64,000 nt of DNA, taken from assembly GCF_009914755.1 (NCBI RefSeq), contig NC_060935.1, one strand, 5' to 3'. Both the position numbers and the translations under genes were made by a program. Positions within the stretch are counted from its first letter, which is position 1. Every line of letters starts with the position of its first letter. Below the pieces are notes generated by a model. The model made no database searches and was not told the origin of the DNA. It saw only the letters and a program-made list of their open reading frames with translations. Shown one piece after another: positions 58,261-64,000 of this stretch. The DNA comes from the human T2T-CHM13v2.0 reference genome, Homo sapiens.

Positions 58261-59729
58261 GTGCATCACTGACTTTGCTGCTCCTTTCTGCCTTATATGC
58301 TTTCTCCTCCTTTTCTTAAATTCTTAATTCCATAGTTCCACAGTATCCCTGATTGCTGGCTATCTGATCATTTGACCCTCTTTATTACTGTGTTCTCTAA
58401 ATTGCTTCTCACATCATTTATTATTCTTTGCTTTAGATTTTTAACATTCTATTTTGCTCTGTCTTCTGATATTCACGACCTCTTTGTCAGTACCCACACA
58501 TAATATTACTGATCCACTTTCTTATTCCAAAGTTTATCCCTTCTGGTCGTTTCAATGCCTTATCCATATTTTGGTTTAATTGTGTAGGATATAATTTAAC
58601 TGTTTGTTTTACAAGTACTGTGACTTATATTATCTGAATTAGATGGTATTTGTTTTGCAACAATTTATTCTTAGATTTATTTGGGAAGAATTTTTAAAGT
58701 TCTAATATGTGGCATTAACTGTTCTGATGCTTCAGTTAGAACTGTGAGTAAAGTGAGATCTTTGCTCTCAAGAAATTTCTGGGCAAGAGACCATTGAAGA
58801 AATGTTTTTAATGCTTGCTCAAACAACTTTTTTCTATATTTCCTTTCTTGATTCTGACCCAAAAGTCCTATAAATTAAGCAGAAAAGTGGTTGGACCAAT
58901 ATTTACAGGTAGGTAAATATTACAGCCCATAATATCTAAATTATTACTAAGGGCCACAAAACATTCTTGGTAGTCCCCAGAAGTACACATTTTTAATTTT
59001 TTTTTCTTGTTGTTCACTTATTACATGTTGTTCAAAGTTTATTTGACTTGGAGGAACACCATTGCTCAAAGTGTCTTTAGCAAGGGTCCTGGACATTGAT
59101 AGCTCTAATCACAGTTATCATATTAATAATTTTTCTTATAGCATATACTTGTGTCATTGGGTTAAAAGGTTCATTCTGTCATTCTGATGTCTATAGTGAT
59201 AGAACAAGACACAATCATTTGGAGTGTAGGTGTCAGGCAACAATGGGGCACATGTTTCCAATGCTGGTTGTATGATAATTATCTCCAAATATTTAGAAGA
59301 CATTTCAGGCCTGTTTGAATTGCTGTTCCATTGTTATCTGCTATCAATACTGGAGACATGACCACAGACATTTCTCAGAAAGAAAATCAACAGTTTCAGT
59401 TTATTTTCCAAATGCTTTGAGCCTTCTAAAAGAAAATGATGTCAAGAGATTGTCCCTTGATTTTAAGACCCTTGTGTAATTTAATGTAAAATTTGTGCAT
59501 CTTTAAAAAATTAATTTACACTTAAAACATCAACATATTCCACTAGTTTTTAATGAGCATAATCATTTTTTATTTTATTCATTTGTTAGAAGTTTCATTT
59601 TGTCTCCAGTTAAGTGAGTTTCAGCCCTAACAGATAAGTACCTTGAAGAAAAGGTTTGAAAGGTCTTTGGGGAGTATTTTCTTATATAACATCTTGTATT
59701 TTGAACAAGCTTTGAGGTTGTCAAAACAC

Positions 59730-59764
59730 ATGTACCCTAAAACTTAAAGTATAATTAAAAAAAA
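59730..59764 (+). mobile_element. Ultra-short L1PA 3' terminal insertion
   Basis: ATGTACCCTAAAACTTAAAGTATAAT plus A tail, identical to the L1PA end at 57596-57621; TSD AAAACAC at 59723-59729 and 59765-59771. Confidence 0.85.
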
Positions 59765-60214
59765 AAAACACTTCTCTTTTCCTGTTATCATTGTGTTTTG
59801 GAATAATCCTGTGAGGCATATAGGGCATGCAGCTTTGTCCCTATCTCATAAAAGAGAAAAACAAAGTCCACAAATGTCAAAAGAGTTCCCTAAGTCATAG
59901 GGTTGCTCCATGACAGAGTTTTATTCTAAACTTAGTCTTTCAACTTCATTTCACATTTGTTCTAACGTATATTTCTACTTTTCTTCTTAATAGATGGATT
60001 TATAAAGTATAAACTCAAGTACAGACACGCACCTTTGAAAATATGTTAGAACTATATATCTTCAAAAAATACAGTGTTGCAAACAAATATTTGACAATAT
60101 GGAAAATATGCATAATGTCCATTTGTAACTGACCCCATTTTTTATGTAAAAATATGACCCTTATGTGATACAGTCTAAATGGAGTTGAGATATGCCATTT
60201 ATCCAGATCCCCAC

Positions 60215-60307
60215 CTCTGTCTTTCTCTTTGTCTCTCTCTCTCTTTCTCTCACTCAGTCTCTCTCTCTCTCTCACACGCGCACACACACACACACACACA
60301 CACACAT
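60215..60307. repeat. (TC)n-(CA)n compound microsatellite
   Basis: Directly visible. Confidence 0.95.
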
Positions 60308-61334
60308 TTATGGTTAACATTATCTATTTTAAAAACCTATTGTAAGGATTTGGAGTATATTTTACTGGCTAGAAAACAGATTTATCAAAGACATTTGTTT
60401 GGACATGGCAAAATGCCTCCCTTGGTATCTTGGTGCCATGTTCAAAACTCAAAGCCAGTTGTTATTTTTCATCACCAACCACATAAAAGAATAGATGAAT
60501 AACGAATTCTCATCAGAATACATCCCAACCAAAATTTTAAGCAGACAAATATTCCTTTACAAATCTTATTAGTTTTCTAAATAATCAGAAATAGTAACAA
60601 TGAGTTATTCAAAAGATTTTAAGGTAGCATAGTCCTGTTGACATATTTTACAGATTAAAACTTCCAGAGTGTTTTAGAGATTTATATAAAATCAAAAAGT
60701 TTCAATCTAAATCTCATAGCTTATCTATTCATTGACCTATTCATTCCACACATATTTACTGAATACATCGTATCTCTTAAGCACCAATAAGTAATTTTTC
60801 TAGTTGTCCTGCAGAATAGTTTCACAAGCAAAAGTTCTTTATCTGGAGTCAATGGAATCTTTTAATCCCCACTGACACTTTTGTTCTTAAAATTTCACAA
60901 GTGTATCACAAGTATATCTTTTCATTTCCTGTAGGAAGGGCTGTATAATTTGTCAAATTTTAAAGGATCTGTAACCCCAAGATTGTTAAGAAACATTGCT
61001 TTATAGATTGATCCTCACCCTCCCATCTGCCATTCCAAGTAGCTTTCTCCAGTGGAAGGAACAATATTCCATAGCTATCTCTAGGGAATAAAACGTGCTT
61101 ATTTTGTTTCTGCCTTTTTCTTTAGCTCCTACTCTTTCTATTGGTTTGAAATTTGGAACAGATAATTGTGTTAGTACAAATTTGGTTAAAGGTCTTCTTT
61201 GAATATGTACTTTTTTTATTTTTATGCTATGAAATGTTATTGAAATTTTATCACCAATTCAAATTTCAAAAATCAAATGTTATGACATATCTTGACATTG
61301 CTAGTGTAATCTGTGATGAGAAACATATTGAAAA

Positions 61335-61375
61335 TGTAAAAATATAAAATATATTTATAAAAATATAAAATATAA

Positions 61376-61412
<37 letters not shown>

Positions 61413-61418
61413 ATATAT
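61335..61418. repeat. AT-rich low complexity and (AT)n microsatellite
   Basis: Directly visible. Confidence 0.9.
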
Positions 61419-62312
61419 TTATGTCCTACCCGCCTTTGTACCTATTAAAGACCTTGCAAATGGATCATGGCATTCTTGCTCACTGAGCTAGGACCCAGTC
61501 TCAGAATGTTTTCTTTCAATGGAGAATTATATTTACCTTTTAAAATTAATGAGTCGGTTCTCCAGGCCTAACATTTTTGTATCATTGCATGTGCTGTAGC
61601 TATATATTTGTATATATTTACATCCAGTCTTCATCTCCTGGAAAGCATCTCCACCAGGCTTTGCTCACATTGCCTATGAATGGCAGTTAATCATATTAGT
61701 TTTATTTGTAAAAATTCTGGGGAAATATGGTTCAAAAGTGAAGAACTCTTAGAGGTTGGAACACAAGTGGGACTTTTATGGTGTTAATCAGGCCAAAGCT
61801 ATGTAAGTTTAGGTTCACCATAGAACATGTTTCATTGCGCCTGTGAAGGCAAGTTGAATGCTACAGTGCCGGCTTCCCCTGCCAATATTACCCTCCACAC
61901 ACTGATCCACTGATGGCTGGCATTCCTTTGAGAAGGAGCACACACGCTAACATTTCATGTTTAGGGTTAGAAAACATCCTTAAGTGAAATAGGTACAGCA
62001 CCAGTGGAGCTGTTACCAGTCTTGTAGAGGAAAACACATGATTGGCAAAATTGCCTGGGCCATATTTATAGCCTAGGGAATACAGAAATCAATGTAAAAA
62101 TATTTTTCTATTAGGACATAAATTCAAACTTTAAATTGAATTAAACTGTTGAGCATTAAATTAAGTTAAACTGTTGAGCATCATTTAAATATCCCAAGCA
62201 AACTAAATGGCCAACATTAGGAAGGTCTAGTCTATCTTAGAGGCTTTTTTTCAGATTTAAATAAATACAGTCATATTTATTTACATAATTACATAATAAT
62301 TATAATAATTAT

Positions 62313-62552
62313 TACCTTTCTCATCTGCCTTTAATTTTATGGTTAGCCATGATGTGATTTTTTTCCTCTACTGAAAACACAAACACTCCTGTGCATGGAA
62401 AGCAGGTACACCATTCATTTAAATTCTCTTTCACAAGGGTGTTAGAGAAATCGAGCATAGACTAAAGAGTAGGTACCTGAAGATGAAAGACAGATGAAAG
62501 AAGAGAAACAAACAAACAAAAAACATAGAAGAAAGAATATGGGGAGGGGGAA
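62313..62552 (-). repeat. Inverted duplicate (derived copy) of 63742-63981
   Basis: 240 bp reverse-complement match with 4 transitions, aligned by hand. Confidence 0.97.
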
Positions 62553-63741
62553 CATATGTTATTATGTTACATATGTTATTATGTAATAATTACATAATAA
62601 TTACATAATAATAAGTCGCATAATTACATAATAATTTCACATATTTATGGCATACATGTGATATTGTGATACAAGTAATTTAGCATGTGTGGCATTTAAA
62701 AATATCCTTAAGCATTATGGAAGTATGGCCCAGGTACTTAGCACAAACACAGAAAACCACTTATAATGAATGAAAATATAGATAAACTACAGGGCTGATC
62801 AGTGTATTAAATATTGAGTATTATTACCAACAAAATCAAAAGAAATGGCAGTGAAAAAACATACAGCAAATTCGCTCATTAAACAATTTTTTTTAGTTTT
62901 CCTTTCTATCTGCTTTACCTTACTAGTGGTGCCAACTGCAATTTCAGAAAACAAGAACATGTTATTTTTCTCTTCTGACTAACATACTTTGTCTGAAAGT
63001 ATTTTAAGTGTTACATAAGGATTCATTTTAAAACCATATTTGTGAAATTATTCTATTTAATTCATTTATTTGCGTAACTATTCTTAAGGCACATGAATAT
63101 TTGTTAACCTAGTAAAATAGGACAAGAAGCTGTGTACCTCTGAATGTAATGAAATAAATACTAAAACAAACAATTTTTAGTAGAGCAAAATTTTTTTCAA
63201 AAGTAAAGAAAAAAACTCTTCAAAAAATATGTACCTTATCAAAGCAAATTTAAAAGTCACGAAAGAAGAAGAATCTGCAATTATACTTTCTAGAATTCTT
63301 GCACAATTGGCCAACACCTCTAGTTTTTTTTCCTAGAATGTGACAGAAGAGATCTACTTGAAGAAAGACTTCTTATGTCATAAAAGTACTGAGTCAAAGA
63401 GGAACCAATATCTCAATATATTTTTTATCTCAGAAGTTTCCTTGAACTCAGAATCTCTAAATTGGAAGGATCCTGAAAGGGCCTATAATTCAGCCACTTG
63501 CAAGATATAGAGCCCAGTAGTACATTTATAGCCTTTGCTTGTAAATAAATGGCAGTGTTTTGGAGAATGCTATATCACAATCAAGCCATTTTCTCCTTAC
63601 CTAGTTCTGAGTTTTGGAAAATTCTTCCGTCTTTTCTGGTGAAAACTGATTTTACAGATACTCACAGATAATATAGGTTCATGTCAATGAATAAAGTGAG
63701 CATGTATTATCCCTGCAGTCTTCATCTTTTTCTTCTCCTCC

Positions 63742-63981
63742 TTCCCCCTCCCCATATTCTTTCTTCTATGTTTTTTGTTTGTTTGTTTCTCTTCTTTCAT
63801 CTGTCTTTCATCTTCAGGTACCTACTCTTTAGTCTACGCTCAATTTCTCTAACACCCTTGTGAAAGAGAATTTAAATGAATGGTGTACCTGCTTTCCATG
63901 CACAGGAGTGTTTGTGTTTTCAGTAGAAGAAAGAAATCACATCATGGCTAACCATAAAATTAAAGGCAGATGAGAAAGGTA
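63742..63981 (+). repeat. Source copy of the 240-bp inverted duplication
   Basis: Reverse complement of 62313-62552; no filler DNA at its edges. Confidence 0.95.
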
Positions 63982-64000
63982 GAAATAGAGGGGGGGTGTA

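Noticed and set aside
62553-62640. TTACATAATAA repeats as a minisatellite or CRISPR-like array
   Set aside because: Irregular, in both orientations and without unique spacers; better explained as repair filler.

Overview
Primate (human-like) AT-rich genomic DNA with no recognisable protein-coding gene, rRNA, tRNA or CRISPR array. A large share of the window is transposon-derived: about 9 Alu/FLAM elements, many L1s (two 5'-to-3' L1s with large internal ORF2 deletions, three 5'-inverted L1s, three young 5'-truncated L1PAs and one ~35-bp L1 micro-insertion), a complete THE1 MaLR provirus, MST/MLT/LTR16 LTRs, Tigger3/MER44/MER91-type DNA transposons, MIR and L2 relics, and microsatellites. Most ORFs in the track are repeat-derived or chance ORFs. 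The most striking non-TE structure is a recent 240-bp inverted duplication (62313-62552 vs 63742-63981, 4 mismatches). It is bracketed by iterative templated filler DNA and carries an exon-like splice cassette onto the opposite strand. A set of co-oriented minus-strand exon-like segments (about 31.8-53 kb) suggests a possible spliced non-coding transcript. Repeat subfamily calls come from recalled consensus motifs and need RepeatMasker/Dfam confirmation.
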